A stretch of DNA of 36,338 nt, from assembly GCA_029564175.1 (NCBI GenBank), contig JAKQQL010000067.1, forward strand, positions 1-36,338. The letters run 5' to 3'. How positions within the stretch are numbered: position 1 is the stretch's first letter; every line of letters begins with the position of its first letter. Under the pieces are notes generated by a model. That model worked only from the letters and a program-made list of their open reading frames with translations, had not been told where the DNA came from and did no database searches. This document shows, piece by piece, positions 26,414 to 36,338 of this stretch. Source of the stretch: Candidatus Cloacimonadota bacterium (GTDB taxonomy: Bacteria; Cloacimonadota; Cloacimonadia; Cloacimonadales; WRIO01). Made by a program: the position numbers and the translations under genes.

Positions 26414-27406
26414 TCATAATCTGAACTCAGGATAACTAATTCCCACTTTTTCATAGACTTCTGACATAGTAGCATCAGCTATTTTGTTTGCTTTTTTATT
26501 ACCTTCATTTAAAATATCATATACCAAATTCGGTTTTTCCATAAAATCGTTGTATTTTGAACGTATCGGTTCAAGTTCTTCAGCCATATTTTTAGCCAGA
26601 CATTTTTTACAATCCATACATCCGATACCGGCAGTACGGCAACCTTCAGCTATCCGGTTCTGCGTTTCTTTGTCAGAGAACAATTCATGAAATGAATAAA
26701 CATTACATTTTTCTGGATCACCAGGATCTGTTTTTCTGATTCTGGCAGGATCAGTGACTGCTCTGGATAGTTTTTTCCATATATCTTCAGGTGTTTCAAA
26801 GAGATAAATGCAATTATCAAGTGATTTACCCATCTTGGCCGAACCATCCAGACCTTTCACTCTTGCTCCTTTTCCTATGATGTCTTTTGGTTCAGGGAAT
26901 ACATCTCCAAAACGGGCATTAAAACGTCTTAATATTTCTCTGGCAAGTTCTAGATGAGGCAACTGATCTTCGCCAACCGGAACAAACTCCGCTTTATACA
27001 GGATAATATCAGCAGTCATAAGTACCGGATAATCCATAAGCCCCATGTTTACATTTTCTGCGTACTGCTGGGCCTTTTCTTTAAATGTAGGCACTCTTTC
27101 CAACCAGCTGACTGGTGTCAGACAATTGAGTAACCAGGTGAGTTCTGAGTGTTTTCTGCATTGTGACTGAATCATTAAAATTGATTTTTCAGGATCAAGA
27201 CCACAAGCGAGATAATTACATGCCATTTTAAATACATTTTGCTTTAATATCTCAGGTTCGTACATGACAGTCATCGCATGTAAATCTACAATACTAAACA
27301 CACATTCATACGTATCCTGTAGGTTAATCCAGTTTTTTATTGCACCCAGATAATTTCCCAGATGAAGATCTCCCGTAGGTTTTATTCCACTAAATACTCT
27401 TTTCAT
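26414..27406 (-). CDS. trpS: Tryptophan--tRNA ligase
   Basis: SGIKPTG, HLGNY, VDLHA, YPVLMTADI, VPVGEDQ and KMGKS motifs; ATG 27406. Confidence 0.97.
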   Translation of the reverse strand: MKRVFSGIKPTGDLHLGNYLGAIKNWINLQDTYECVFSIVDLHAMTVMYEPEILKQNVFKMACNYLACGLDPEKSILMIQSQCRKHSELTWLLNCLTPVSWLERVPTFKEKAQQYAENVNMGLMDYPVLMTADIILYKAEFVPVGEDQLPHLELAREILRRFNARFGDVFPEPKDIIGKGARVKGLDGSAKMGKSLDNCIYLFETPEDIWKKLSRAVTDPARIRKTDPGDPEKCNVYSFHELFSDKETQNRIAEGCRTAGIGCMDCKKCLAKNMAEELEPIRSKYNDFMEKPNLVYDILNEGNKKANKIADATMSEVYEKVGISYPEFRL

Positions 27407-27476
27407 ATTACCTTCCAATAAATTATACTAGTCTCATGTAACCAAATAAACAAAGGACTCAGTTTTGACAACTGAT

Positions 27477-28625
27477 TTATCCACGATATTCAATAATTTT
27501 TACCTGAAAGGGTTCTTTTATCCCAATTCTTTTGGCAAATGATTTTAAATATTCAACAGAAGCAGGTGTGATTTCCTGGTCTTTAGCAAGTAAAATTCGA
27601 CCATTTTTATCTTCAATATTCTGAGCAGCTATCATAAATAAATCTAACTTATCTACTGTAACATATTCAATTCGTGAATAATTCTTCTCAAATTTAAAAG
27701 AATCAAGTGCTGAAACCAGTTTTGGATTATAAACTGCAGGATTACTGATTAAAAATTGTAAAGATTCAGACATCAACATCCCGCTAATCAGTTTTTGATC
27801 CAAATCTAAAGCAATTTTAAGCAATTGAGCCCCAATCAGTTCATTCATACTAAAAGGTTTAGGGCTATTTTTTAAATCATTCAGACTTGAATTCTGATTT
27901 TCTATCATTACAGCAATCTGATTCATTCGTGGTATCTTTTCAATCAATTTTCTCGTTACTGCAGGATGAGTGTGCAGAATATCTGTATCTTCTTTTGTTA
28001 ACAAGCCGGATGCCTGTCTGATAAATATATCCTGAGGTATCACGATTGAGCCAATCTGAGATAACATTGTTGCAACTTCATACTGCCAGGACTGTTCAAG
28101 TTTCAATGTTTTAACCATATGCTTGACGTATGTTAGTAACCTTTGAGTCTTACTAAAAGCAACAGAATTAACAAGGCTGAGAATATCTACCAGTACTTTT
28201 ACTGTTGATTGCAGCGTTTCTTCAAGTAGTTCTTTTTCTGCTTTTAAAAGCTGATATTGTCGTAAACCAGCATTCAAATTCTGAATCAAATGTTCTGTGG
28301 ATGAGGGTTTCACCATATAACGAAAAATATTACCTTCATTAATGGCATTCTGTGCGGTCTGAACATCCACATTTCCTGTAAGCATCATTTTGATTGTATC
28401 AGGAGCAAATTCTTTTACTTTCTTAAGCAAAGTCAATCCATCCATACCCGGCATTCTCATATCTACAACAATTACGGCAAAAGGACCCTCATCTATTAAT
28501 TTTGTAATTGCAACATCTCCACTTGGAGCCGTTTCAATATTGAATTGATTGTGTAGTTGTCTCTTGATAGCTGACAGGATATTAGGTTCATCATCGACGA
28601 ATAACACTTTTTCTGTAAAATTCAT
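27477..28625 (-). CDS. Response regulator, REC plus degenerate HD-type domain
   Basis: FVDDE, VDMRMPGMDG, LTG and KP motifs; the HD-like region has LSQIG in place of LHDIG. Confidence 0.88.
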   Translation of the reverse strand: MNFTEKVLFVDDEPNILSAIKRQLHNQFNIETAPSGDVAITKLIDEGPFAVIVVDMRMPGMDGLTLLKKVKEFAPDTIKMMLTGNVDVQTAQNAINEGNIFRYMVKPSSTEHLIQNLNAGLRQYQLLKAEKELLEETLQSTVKVLVDILSLVNSVAFSKTQRLLTYVKHMVKTLKLEQSWQYEVATMLSQIGSIVIPQDIFIRQASGLLTKEDTDILHTHPAVTRKLIEKIPRMNQIAVMIENQNSSLNDLKNSPKPFSMNELIGAQLLKIALDLDQKLISGMLMSESLQFLISNPAVYNPKLVSALDSFKFEKNYSRIEYVTVDKLDLFMIAAQNIEDKNGRILLAKDQEITPASVEYLKSFAKRIGIKEPFQVKIIEYRG

Positions 28626-28646
28626 GATCACTCCATTTTATAATTA

Positions 28647-29879
28647 TTAAAGATTATCAACCTTAACAGGATTAGCATTAAAGTATTCAATATATTCATT
28701 CAACTTTTCTTGCAAACCTAACTCATTAACAAGTTCTTTATCCAATTCAGTTTTATCTATATCGATAAAGTATTTCAAATTTTTAACTGATTGAGATACA
28801 TGATGAATATAGTTAGCTAAATGCACGACAAAAGCAACAGATATTGTTCGGTCATTGAATAGTGCTGGATTATGGTGAAGAAAAACAGACATTATCACAG
28901 ATTGAGAAAAGCCCCATATACTGGATAAATAAGCAGCAATTTCAGAATGTGAAATACCAAAAACATTAAATTCAGCAGCACTGATACTTAACCCTTTATC
29001 CTTTGTCAAATGGAGAACATCGATGTAAGACTGCGGTAACTGTTTTACTAATACGAGTCGACCTATATCATGCAGTAATCCCGCAATATAACATGCATCA
29101 GAATCTGCTTTAGACAAAGAAAGATCATGCGCAATATACTTTGCTATTGTTGCCACAGATAATGAATGTATCCACAATTCATTCAAATGAAACTGAGTTA
29201 ATAATTCAGAATTGACCTGTTCAAACAAATGAATCGAAAGCATCAGATCACGAATGGTATCAATACCTAACAGACTGATTGCCTGCTGTATATCCGTTAC
29301 TCTTTTTACGACAACAAAAAAAGAAGAATTCACTAACTGTAAAATCTTTGAGCATAGTCCAATATCTCCAGAAATCAAAAGAGCAATATCTTTCATGGAA
29401 GATTCTTTATCATTCAGCATTTCTCTTAATTGAATATAAAGCGCTGGGAGAGTAGGGAGAGATTTCATATTAGTGATGACTTCTACCAAATCATTGTTGT
29501 TTAAAATCCCTCTGATAAGGGTAATTCTCTCTATCAATTCAATAAGCTGCTCTGTATCAGTCGGTTTTGAAAAAAACTGATGTGCCAGTCCAACACTTTG
29601 AATAATATCTTTTTTACTGGTTTGGCCGGATAAAATAATTCTGACCATTTTTGGAAAGTGTTCGTATGAATATTTCAACAGTTCAAGACCACTCATTTCA
29701 GGCATTCTCATATCGGTTACCAGAAAATGAACCTCATTTTGATGCATATATTCTATTGCCTTTTTTGCACTGTCAAAAAATGCCATTTCCCATGTTTCGT
29801 GCATTTTATACAAGGTTCGCTTTAAAGCAAAAAGTATATTCACTTCATCGTCAACAAAAACAATTTTTATCTTACTCAT
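28647..29879 (-). CDS. Response regulator, REC plus HDOD domain
   Basis: FVDDE, TDMRMP, LPTLP, LQLVNSSFF, LWIHS, GLLHDIG and HHNP motifs; ATG 29879 overlaps the kinase stop. Confidence 0.9.
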   Translation of the reverse strand: MSKIKIVFVDDEVNILFALKRTLYKMHETWEMAFFDSAKKAIEYMHQNEVHFLVTDMRMPEMSGLELLKYSYEHFPKMVRIILSGQTSKKDIIQSVGLAHQFFSKPTDTEQLIELIERITLIRGILNNNDLVEVITNMKSLPTLPALYIQLREMLNDKESSMKDIALLISGDIGLCSKILQLVNSSFFVVVKRVTDIQQAISLLGIDTIRDLMLSIHLFEQVNSELLTQFHLNELWIHSLSVATIAKYIAHDLSLSKADSDACYIAGLLHDIGRLVLVKQLPQSYIDVLHLTKDKGLSISAAEFNVFGISHSEIAAYLSSIWGFSQSVIMSVFLHHNPALFNDRTISVAFVVHLANYIHHVSQSVKNLKYFIDIDKTELDKELVNELGLQEKLNEYIEYFNANPVKVDNL

Positions 29880-32800
29880 CTTTTGGCAACCTGATGATAA
29901 ACGTAGTACCTTCACCATACTTCGATTCAAAATTAATCGTCCCTTTGTGTTTGTCAACTATTGCATGATGAACAATTGTTAAGCCCTGACCTGTTCCTTT
30001 ACCTGGTTCTTTAGTTGTAAAAAACGGATTAAAGATTTTACTTCTGACTTCAGGAGGAACACCTGTACCGGTATCTGATATTCTAATCTCGACAAAATCC
30101 TTATTATCTTTTGTACTAATACGAATTGTCCCTTTTTTAGTTTCATCTTGATTCTTTTCTTTTATTGCATGCGCAGCATTTACGATTAAATTTAAAAATG
30201 CCTGATTCAGTTCCCCTGGATAACAGGAAATCATAGGATTTTCTTCATCAAAATCAGTCTCAAGCTCACAGTTATATTTCCATTCATTTCTGGCAACAGT
30301 AATCGTACTATCCAGCATCCGGTTTATCTCCATCGCTTTTTTATCTTCTTCGCCAGGATGAGAAAAATCTTTCATTGCCCTGATAATACGGGTAACCCTT
30401 TCTAATCCTTCCAGAGACTGTTTAATAGCCATGGGAATTTCTGAGCTGATAAAATCAAAGTCATAACGCTGCTTACAATCTGATATTTGATTTTTGACTT
30501 CACTATTGAGAAAATCGGTGCTTAAGTCTTCAATCTCACGATATAATTTACTAAAAGTATCAAATGAATCCTTCAAGAAATTTAAATTATCACTGACAAA
30601 CTGGGTAGGCGTATTGATTTCATGGGCAATTCCTGCAGCTAATTGACCAATTGCTTCCATTTTCTGGCTATGAACTAGCTGTTGTTCTAACTGTCTGATT
30701 TCAGAAATATTTTCCACCACTCCGTCAATCCACTTAAAATTGCCATATTCGTCATACACTGTTTTTGCGTTAATGACACACCAAACCGGAAGCTGGTCTT
30801 TTTTCTTTAGTAAAATTTCTTTTTTTATTATTTTTCCAGTTTTAATGGCTTCTTTAATCATTTCAGTTCTGTCCTGAGGGTTTTGATAAATATCTGATTC
30901 ATTGATAGATAGCAGAGACTCAGAAGAAGGGTAACCCAACATATTGGCTAAAGCAAGATTTGCCTGGAGAAAACGCCCTGATTCCAGACCGATTGTTCTA
31001 AAAATGCCGACCGTAAGATTTTGCAGTAATGAGCGGTATTGTTGTTCCTTATCGATGAGCAGATTCTCTGTTTTCCTGATCTCAGTCATATCTGTCCCAT
31101 TGAGAATTATGTAATCCACTTCATCATTCTGCATGATAATCTTTGCCTTCCAAAGTATAATTTTTATCTTTCTGTCTTTTGTTCTCCAGACAACTTCAAT
31201 ATTATCCTGTTCTGTTCCCTTTTTAATGTTTCTAAAAAATTCCTGAACGATATCTTTTTCTTCAGAAATAAACAGTTTTGCCAGATCTTGAGTCGTTCTG
31301 ATTTCTGAAGCAGAATATCCTGATAAGGAAACACAATACTGATTAAATTTTAAAATATTGCCTTGGGGATCAAAAACCATAATCAATGTGGAAACACTAT
31401 CGACAATCTGATTGGTAAAATTATGTTCCTGAATCAGTAATTCTGAAGTTAACTTCCGTTCCCAGGCATTGCCTAATATCTGAGTAAAAATCGTTAAAAG
31501 CGTATAGTCATTTTCATTCCATGTTTTATCAGGTGTAATATAGTCAAAGCCTACAAAACCAATCACCTTCTCATTAGCAATTAAAGGCATTACAATTAAT
31601 GAGTCAATATTTTGCATTTCAAGTATTGTTTTTTCTTTTGATGCTTCTTCGGGTAACTCTTTTACTTTGTTAATAAAGATCGTTTCCCTTTTAAGTATCT
31701 TTGAATTCCACCATGGTGTAACATCCAGGTCAATATTTTGAAGGTTATCAATTTGGGCATCTTCCGGATTTTTACACCATTCATAGACATTACTCATAAA
31801 TGTCTGATCTTCATTGTATAAAAAGATATATGAGCGGTCACTATTCGCTACAATACCCAACTCCTCTAAGGACTTGTGTATATTCTCTTCTAAATTACTA
31901 GTTGTTAAGAAGCGTGAAGATATTTTCGAGATAGCCTTTTCAAATTCCAGTTTTCGATCGATGAGTAATTCCTGATAATGATATTCCAGATATTGACTCA
32001 GCTGAAATGAAATGTTTTTTATAAAATTAACCTCTTCATCCATGAAGTCAGCAATATGGGGATTTGGCAACAGATAAACCCGAATATATCCTGAGACCTG
32101 TTTCTTGAAAATAATGTCAAATTCGACAACATCATCTGATTCTTTGAAATGGGTAGAATGGAATATTTTCTGGTGAATTGAGATTTCAATTGAGGTAAAA
32201 GAAGGCAGTTGAAATGCAGCAGGCATCTCGGATGCCACGCTTAACATCGTATTATCAAATTCATCATCTTTCTGACTTAATATGGTATGTATTCTGTAGA
32301 GGGTTGCCTGTTCTTTAACTCTTTCACGCAGGTCATTGGCTTGTTTCTTTAAAATTTCATTTGTTACGATTTTTTCAGTGATATCTGTCGTACTGATCAA
32401 TATGCTGGTTAAGGGATTATTTTCCTCAAAAGATGCCAGCCAGTTTAACTGAACTGTTTTTTGTTTACCATCAAGAGTCGTGATCAGAATTTCTTCATGC
32501 TTATGCATTTGTTTATGATACAGTGAGTTAAATAACATTTTAAAAAAATGATAGTCATCATAGGCAAAAATATTGGAGAATTGAGAATATATATCTGCTT
32601 TATTGTCACAATTCACTAATTCCATTGCACTTCGGTTTACATCCAGGATTTGTAACTTTCCAATACAATCGGTTAAATAACTGGGTGATAATACGAAATA
32701 TTCATTTAAGTCTTTGATTCCAATTTCTTTGAGTTTCTCCAGATAATCAAATACTTTTTCGAAATTAACATACCACAAGGCCACAGGAGAGTTTTCAAAG

Positions 32801-33978
32801 AGGTCTTTATATTTTTTTTCAGATTTTTCAATCTTCTCAGAATCTTCTTTGGATTGAGAAATGTCTTCTTTAATGATGATATAGTTATGAATATTTCCTT
32901 TATTATCAGTAATTGGAGATAGTATCAGGTATTCCCAGTAAGCAGTTCCATCTTTTCTATAAGATTGGGTATTGGTTTTCCACTCGGTATTTTCCTTCAA
33001 TTTACCTTTAAGAATATTGATGATATGCTTATCAAGGTCATGTTCATAGACTACATCAATCGGCATATGAATGACATCCTGTAAGGCATAACCTGTAATC
33101 TCTGTAAATTTTGGATTAACATAGTTGATTTCATACTTTTCATTGAGTATCATGACGCCAACCGGATTATATTGAATCGCAGTAGAAAGCAGTTCAATCT
33201 GAGCCTGATTCTTTAGTTGCTGACTCAAATCCCTGAATACAACAATAAATCCTTCGATTTCCTCATCATTATTGTAAAAACAGTTGATATTCAGATATAT
33301 CGGAATTCGGTTATTATTATGATCTATCAGCACGCTGTTGGTTTCATATACATGATTAACGGGTAAAGGCCATTTTTTCAAATCTTTAATCACATAGAGT
33401 AACTGATTGGTTTGCAAATCATCCAGATTTAACTTATCAATCAGATTCATACCCATCAGTTCATTCTTATCAAAACCAAGCAAACTGGTTGTTAAAGGAT
33501 TGATCATATTGATCGTCAGCTGATTGTCAGTAACAATCAGACCTTCGCCTAAATTTTTAATCACTTCAGACAGTGTTTTCTGACGGGCTTTTAGTTCTTT
33601 ATCTGTTTTATATTTATATATAGCCAGTTCAATAGTAATGACTAGTTCTCGAGGTCTGAATGGTTTAATCAGATAAGCAAAAGCCTCATTTTTAATAGTT
33701 CTTTGTACTGTTTCCTGATCACTTAAACCGCTCATAAAAATTATGGGACAATTGTATGAACTTCTGATTCTGTCAGCGGTCTCAATTCCATCCATATATC
33801 CAGCTAACTCAATATCCAGCAAAATAATATCCGGCTGTACATTATTCACAGCTAAAACAGCGTCTTCTCCTGTATCACTCACGCCTACTATATCATAGGA
33901 CTCCATGAGTAGCAGTTCTTTAATAAAGTTCTGCATTACCGGATCATCTTCAACAACAAAAACTTTTAATCTATTCAT
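29872..33978 (-). CDS. Large cytoplasmic hybrid histidine kinase: REC, multiple PAS, GAF, HisKA, HATPase
   Basis: N-terminal REC (LLDIEL), about five PAS-like segments, GAF (SDRSYIF...YEWC...GFVGFD), GIAHEINTP, NLIVNAAHA, FNPFFTTK and GTGQGL motifs; no evident TM. ATG 33978 has a GAGG RBS; 33999 is the alternative. Confidence 0.93.
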   Translation of the reverse strand: MNRLKVFVVEDDPVMQNFIKELLLMESYDIVGVSDTGEDAVLAVNNVQPDIILLDIELAGYMDGIETADRIRSSYNCPIIFMSGLSDQETVQRTIKNEAFAYLIKPFRPRELVITIELAIYKYKTDKELKARQKTLSEVIKNLGEGLIVTDNQLTINMINPLTTSLLGFDKNELMGMNLIDKLNLDDLQTNQLLYVIKDLKKWPLPVNHVYETNSVLIDHNNNRIPIYLNINCFYNNDEEIEGFIVVFRDLSQQLKNQAQIELLSTAIQYNPVGVMILNEKYEINYVNPKFTEITGYALQDVIHMPIDVVYEHDLDKHIINILKGKLKENTEWKTNTQSYRKDGTAYWEYLILSPITDNKGNIHNYIIIKEDISQSKEDSEKIEKSEKKYKDLFENSPVALWYVNFEKVFDYLEKLKEIGIKDLNEYFVLSPSYLTDCIGKLQILDVNRSAMELVNCDNKADIYSQFSNIFAYDDYHFFKMLFNSLYHKQMHKHEEILITTLDGKQKTVQLNWLASFEENNPLTSILISTTDITEKIVTNEILKKQANDLRERVKEQATLYRIHTILSQKDDEFDNTMLSVASEMPAAFQLPSFTSIEISIHQKIFHSTHFKESDDVVEFDIIFKKQVSGYIRVYLLPNPHIADFMDEEVNFIKNISFQLSQYLEYHYQELLIDRKLEFEKAISKISSRFLTTSNLEENIHKSLEELGIVANSDRSYIFLYNEDQTFMSNVYEWCKNPEDAQIDNLQNIDLDVTPWWNSKILKRETIFINKVKELPEEASKEKTILEMQNIDSLIVMPLIANEKVIGFVGFDYITPDKTWNENDYTLLTIFTQILGNAWERKLTSELLIQEHNFTNQIVDSVSTLIMVFDPQGNILKFNQYCVSLSGYSASEIRTTQDLAKLFISEEKDIVQEFFRNIKKGTEQDNIEVVWRTKDRKIKIILWKAKIIMQNDEVDYIILNGTDMTEIRKTENLLIDKEQQYRSLLQNLTVGIFRTIGLESGRFLQANLALANMLGYPSSESLLSINESDIYQNPQDRTEMIKEAIKTGKIIKKEILLKKKDQLPVWCVINAKTVYDEYGNFKWIDGVVENISEIRQLEQQLVHSQKMEAIGQLAAGIAHEINTPTQFVSDNLNFLKDSFDTFSKLYREIEDLSTDFLNSEVKNQISDCKQRYDFDFISSEIPMAIKQSLEGLERVTRIIRAMKDFSHPGEEDKKAMEINRMLDSTITVARNEWKYNCELETDFDEENPMISCYPGELNQAFLNLIVNAAHAIKEKNQDETKKGTIRISTKDNKDFVEIRISDTGTGVPPEVRSKIFNPFFTTKEPGKGTGQGLTIVHHAIVDKHKGTINFESKYGEGTTFIIRLPKDE

Positions 33979-34283
33979 ATAAACCTCATCAACAAACATA
34001 ATATCATTTCACTTAAGATCAATCTTAATGATTTGATTTGTTAATATCACGCTATATGATATATGCTAACATTAATCAAGGATTCTGTCAAATAAAAAAT
34101 AAAAAACAATTAAGAAATAAGTTTGTTTAGAACAAAGAAGTCGATTTTGATTTATGAATATGACATCAAAAAGCGCTTGTAATTTTTATCAATGTTTATT
34201 TTCTCTCTGCTCTTAGTCTATGTTTAATGGCATCATAACAATCTTTTTTTGAAAATATATCAATATCTACTAGCAGATAAAGC

Positions 34284-34308
34284 AAAAAGTGCAGGGAATT
34301 CCTGCACT
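34284..34308 (-). terminator. Intrinsic terminator of rocD
   Basis: AGTGCAGG-GAATT-CCTGCACT stem with a minus-strand T run. Confidence 0.8.
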
Positions 34309-34360
34309 CTCTTATCAAACTTTCAGTTTAACGATCTATAATAGTAAAGCGGATAGTTTA

Positions 34361-35602
34361 CTATAACTGATCAAATACTGATTTTATAATGTTAATAGAT
34401 TCATCCAACTCTTCTTTAGAAATAACAAGTGGAGGTGCAAGACGAATGATATGTCTGTGAGTTGGTTTGCAGAGTAAGCCTTTTTCTTTCAGCATAACAC
34501 ATACATCCCAAGCTTCTTTTTCATCTTTCGGTTTGATAATGATCGCATTTAAGAGACCTTTACCGCGAACCAGTTCGAGCATTGGATGGTCGATTTTTCT
34601 CAGTTCATTACGGAAATATTCACCTAATTCCTGAGCTCTTTCAGCGAGTTTTTCATCTCTGACAACCTCTAATGCAGCCGTACTGACAGCACAAGCGAGT
34701 GGATTGCCACCAAATGTAGAACCATGTTCACCTGGTTTAATGGTCAACATAATTTCTTTGGATGATAAAACACCAGAAACAGGCATAGCGCCACCTGATA
34801 AAGCTTTTCCAAGGATCAGGATGTCCGGATGAACACCTTCCCAGTCACAGGCTAAGAGTTTACCTGTACGTGCAATACCGGTCTGAACTTCATCAGCGAC
34901 AAACAATACATTGTATTTTTTACAGATTTCCTGTGCTTTTTTGAGGTAACCTTCTGAAGGTACAAACACGCCTGCTTCACCTTGAATTGGTTCAACAAAG
35001 AAAGCAGCCACTTTTTCACCGTTTTTGCTTAAGTATGCTTCAAGAGCTTCCAGATCATTGTATGGAATTACTTCGATACCTGGTGTATAAGGACCAAACT
35101 GAGTTTTACAGTCAGGATCTGTCGATGCAGATACAATGGTTACTGTTCTTCCGTGGAAATTGCCTTCGCAGAATAATAAGATTGCTTCGTTATCAGCGAT
35201 TCCTTTTTTTGCATATCCCCAACGACGTGCTAATTTGATAGCTGTTTCAACTGCTTCAGCGCCTGAGTTCATCGATAAAAGCATTTCAAAACCGAAAAAT
35301 TCAGTTACAAATTTTTCATAAGCACCCAGTTTGTTGTTGAAGAAAGCACGAGATGTTAAGGTAATTGTTTTTGCCTGTTCAATCATCGCATTGACGATTC
35401 TTGGATGGCAATGCCCCTGGTTAACAGCCGAATATGCTGAAAGAAAATCAAAATAACGGTTTCCCTCTGGATCCCAAACAAAAGGACCTTCACCTTTAGC
35501 AATTACCACTGGTAGTGGGTGATAATTGTGTGCACCGTATTTTTCTTCAAGCTCAATAGCAGTTTGACTGCTGATCTCTCCATAGACTAAATTCTCAGCC
35601 AT
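34361..35602 (-). CDS. rocD: Ornithine--oxo-acid aminotransferase
   Basis: GAHNYHPLPVV, FLSAYSAVNQGHCHP, EPIQGEAG, DEVQTG, LGKALSGG and EHGSTFGGNPL motifs; GGAGG RBS before ATG 35602. Confidence 0.96.
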   Translation of the reverse strand: MAENLVYGEISSQTAIELEEKYGAHNYHPLPVVIAKGEGPFVWDPEGNRYFDFLSAYSAVNQGHCHPRIVNAMIEQAKTITLTSRAFFNNKLGAYEKFVTEFFGFEMLLSMNSGAEAVETAIKLARRWGYAKKGIADNEAILLFCEGNFHGRTVTIVSASTDPDCKTQFGPYTPGIEVIPYNDLEALEAYLSKNGEKVAAFFVEPIQGEAGVFVPSEGYLKKAQEICKKYNVLFVADEVQTGIARTGKLLACDWEGVHPDILILGKALSGGAMPVSGVLSSKEIMLTIKPGEHGSTFGGNPLACAVSTAALEVVRDEKLAERAQELGEYFRNELRKIDHPMLELVRGKGLLNAIIIKPKDEKEAWDVCVMLKEKGLLCKPTHRHIIRLAPPLVISKEELDESINIIKSVFDQL

Positions 35603-35845
35603 GAAATCCTCCATTATTTATATCTTCTAAACCCCTTTTATAATCCTTGGATTTATTGTCAAATGAATTCATAAGAATCATTTAAAATGACAAAGTATCA
35701 GGATTATTTAGACTGGAAAGAGCTGGATAATTAGAGACAAGTTACGCTTTACGAATATTTTTTCATTGATTAAATGAAGCACTCTCTTGTCGTCATTATT
35801 GAGGTCTTTTCGATATGATTAGCAATCAGGTTTTAATGGCTTATT

Positions 35846-36019
35846 CTATACGGTCTTTTCAAAAAGGGCATAGATACGCACAATATCTTTTTCGATTCTC
35901 ATTGACCTGTTTTCGATGTTTTTAACGCGGTTAACAAGGTCTTTCCACAGGTAAATCAAGATACTGATCAGGATAGGCCAAATCGTAAAATCAAGCAGCA
36001 TTTTATATATCTCAGCCAT
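35846..36019 (-). CDS. Small single-TM/coiled-coil protein (holin- or XhlA-like architecture)
   Basis: MAEIYK...IWPILISILIYLWK plus an amphipathic tail; GAGG RBS; start overlaps the end of the upstream ORF. Confidence 0.6.
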   Translation of the reverse strand: MAEIYKMLLDFTIWPILISILIYLWKDLVNRVKNIENRSMRIEKDIVRIYALFEKTV

Positions 36020-36200
36020 TTTGTTTATCCTCAATCTGAAAGGCTTTATTCAGAACACTTTCAAGCACTTCGATGATCAAATCATCCAGTTTGTTATTTG
36101 TACGAATTGCATGAAAACGCAAGGCGCTGATGATGACATTCACAATGCTTTTGTAGGGCATGAGCTTCATCATATAAAGGCTTAATTCTTCTCTATTCAT
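36012..36200 (-). CDS. Small hypothetical protein with TxNxLDD motif (phage holin-like small protein pattern)
   Basis: Strong GAGGAG RBS; ...HAIRTNNKLDDLIIEVL... Confidence 0.65.
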   Translation of the reverse strand: MNREELSLYMMKLMPYKSIVNVIISALRFHAIRTNNKLDDLIIEVLESVLNKAFQIEDKQNG

Positions 36201-36224
36201 GGGTATCTCCTCTCATAATAAATG

Positions 36225-36249
36225 AGGGAGTCGCCAGTAACGACCCCCT
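36225..36249 (-). terminator. Hairpin / weak terminator between the edge ORF and the small ORFs
   Basis: Minus strand AGGGGGTCG-TTACTGG-CGACTCCCT then CATTTATT (poor U tract). Confidence 0.5.
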
Positions 36250-36260
36250 TTGTTGATGAT

Positions 36261-36338
36261 TTACATGACCTTATCAAGCTCAGAAACGCTATCCACTTTA
36301 GTAATGAAATTGTTATCCATAGCAGATTTGACACTCTT
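36261..36338 (-). CDS. 3' end of a CDS entering from the right edge
   Basis: Open frame ...KSVKSAMDNNFITKVDSVSELDKVM-TAA followed by a hairpin. Confidence 0.55.
   Translation of the reverse strand, partial: KSVKSAMDNNFITKVDSVSELDKVM

Noticed and set aside
27407..27476. T-box or attenuator leaders for trpS (and cysS)
   Set aside because: The leader is too short, and no T-box motif or leader peptide is visible.

Overview
AT-rich bacterial chromosomal window from a probably anaerobic, diderm organism. Candidatus Cloacimonadota is an inference from gene content and style only, not verified. Most of it is housekeeping and signalling: a LysO-type exporter (partial), cysS, rsmD, an HDOD protein, a ComEA-like protein with three HhH modules, hcp, an NhaC-family antiporter, a YtrA-type GntR/ABC operon, two two-component clusters, MlaD, an FKBP, an Ogt-GrpB fusion, DUF192, secG-tRNA-Leu, trpS and rocD. 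Five things stand out. (1) A three-gene unit at 7001-11908: a membrane-anchored protein with degenerate Asn-rich ~10-aa repeats, then an internal terminator, then a 972-aa signal-peptide HExxH metallopeptidase/beta-propeller/beta-barrel protein translationally coupled to a PrsW-family intramembrane protease. This is the best candidate for an uncharacterised export/processing system. (2) The tRNA-Leu after secG has the rare A34 anticodon AAG. (3) REP/BIME-like hairpin arrays with compensatory base changes flank cysS, and one unit supplies the rsmD stop codon. (4) An in-frame TAG cuts the C-terminal receiver domain off a hybrid kinase. (5) Small holin-like genes at the right edge lie downstream of a partial ORF that resembles the orphan ORF at 6177-6761.
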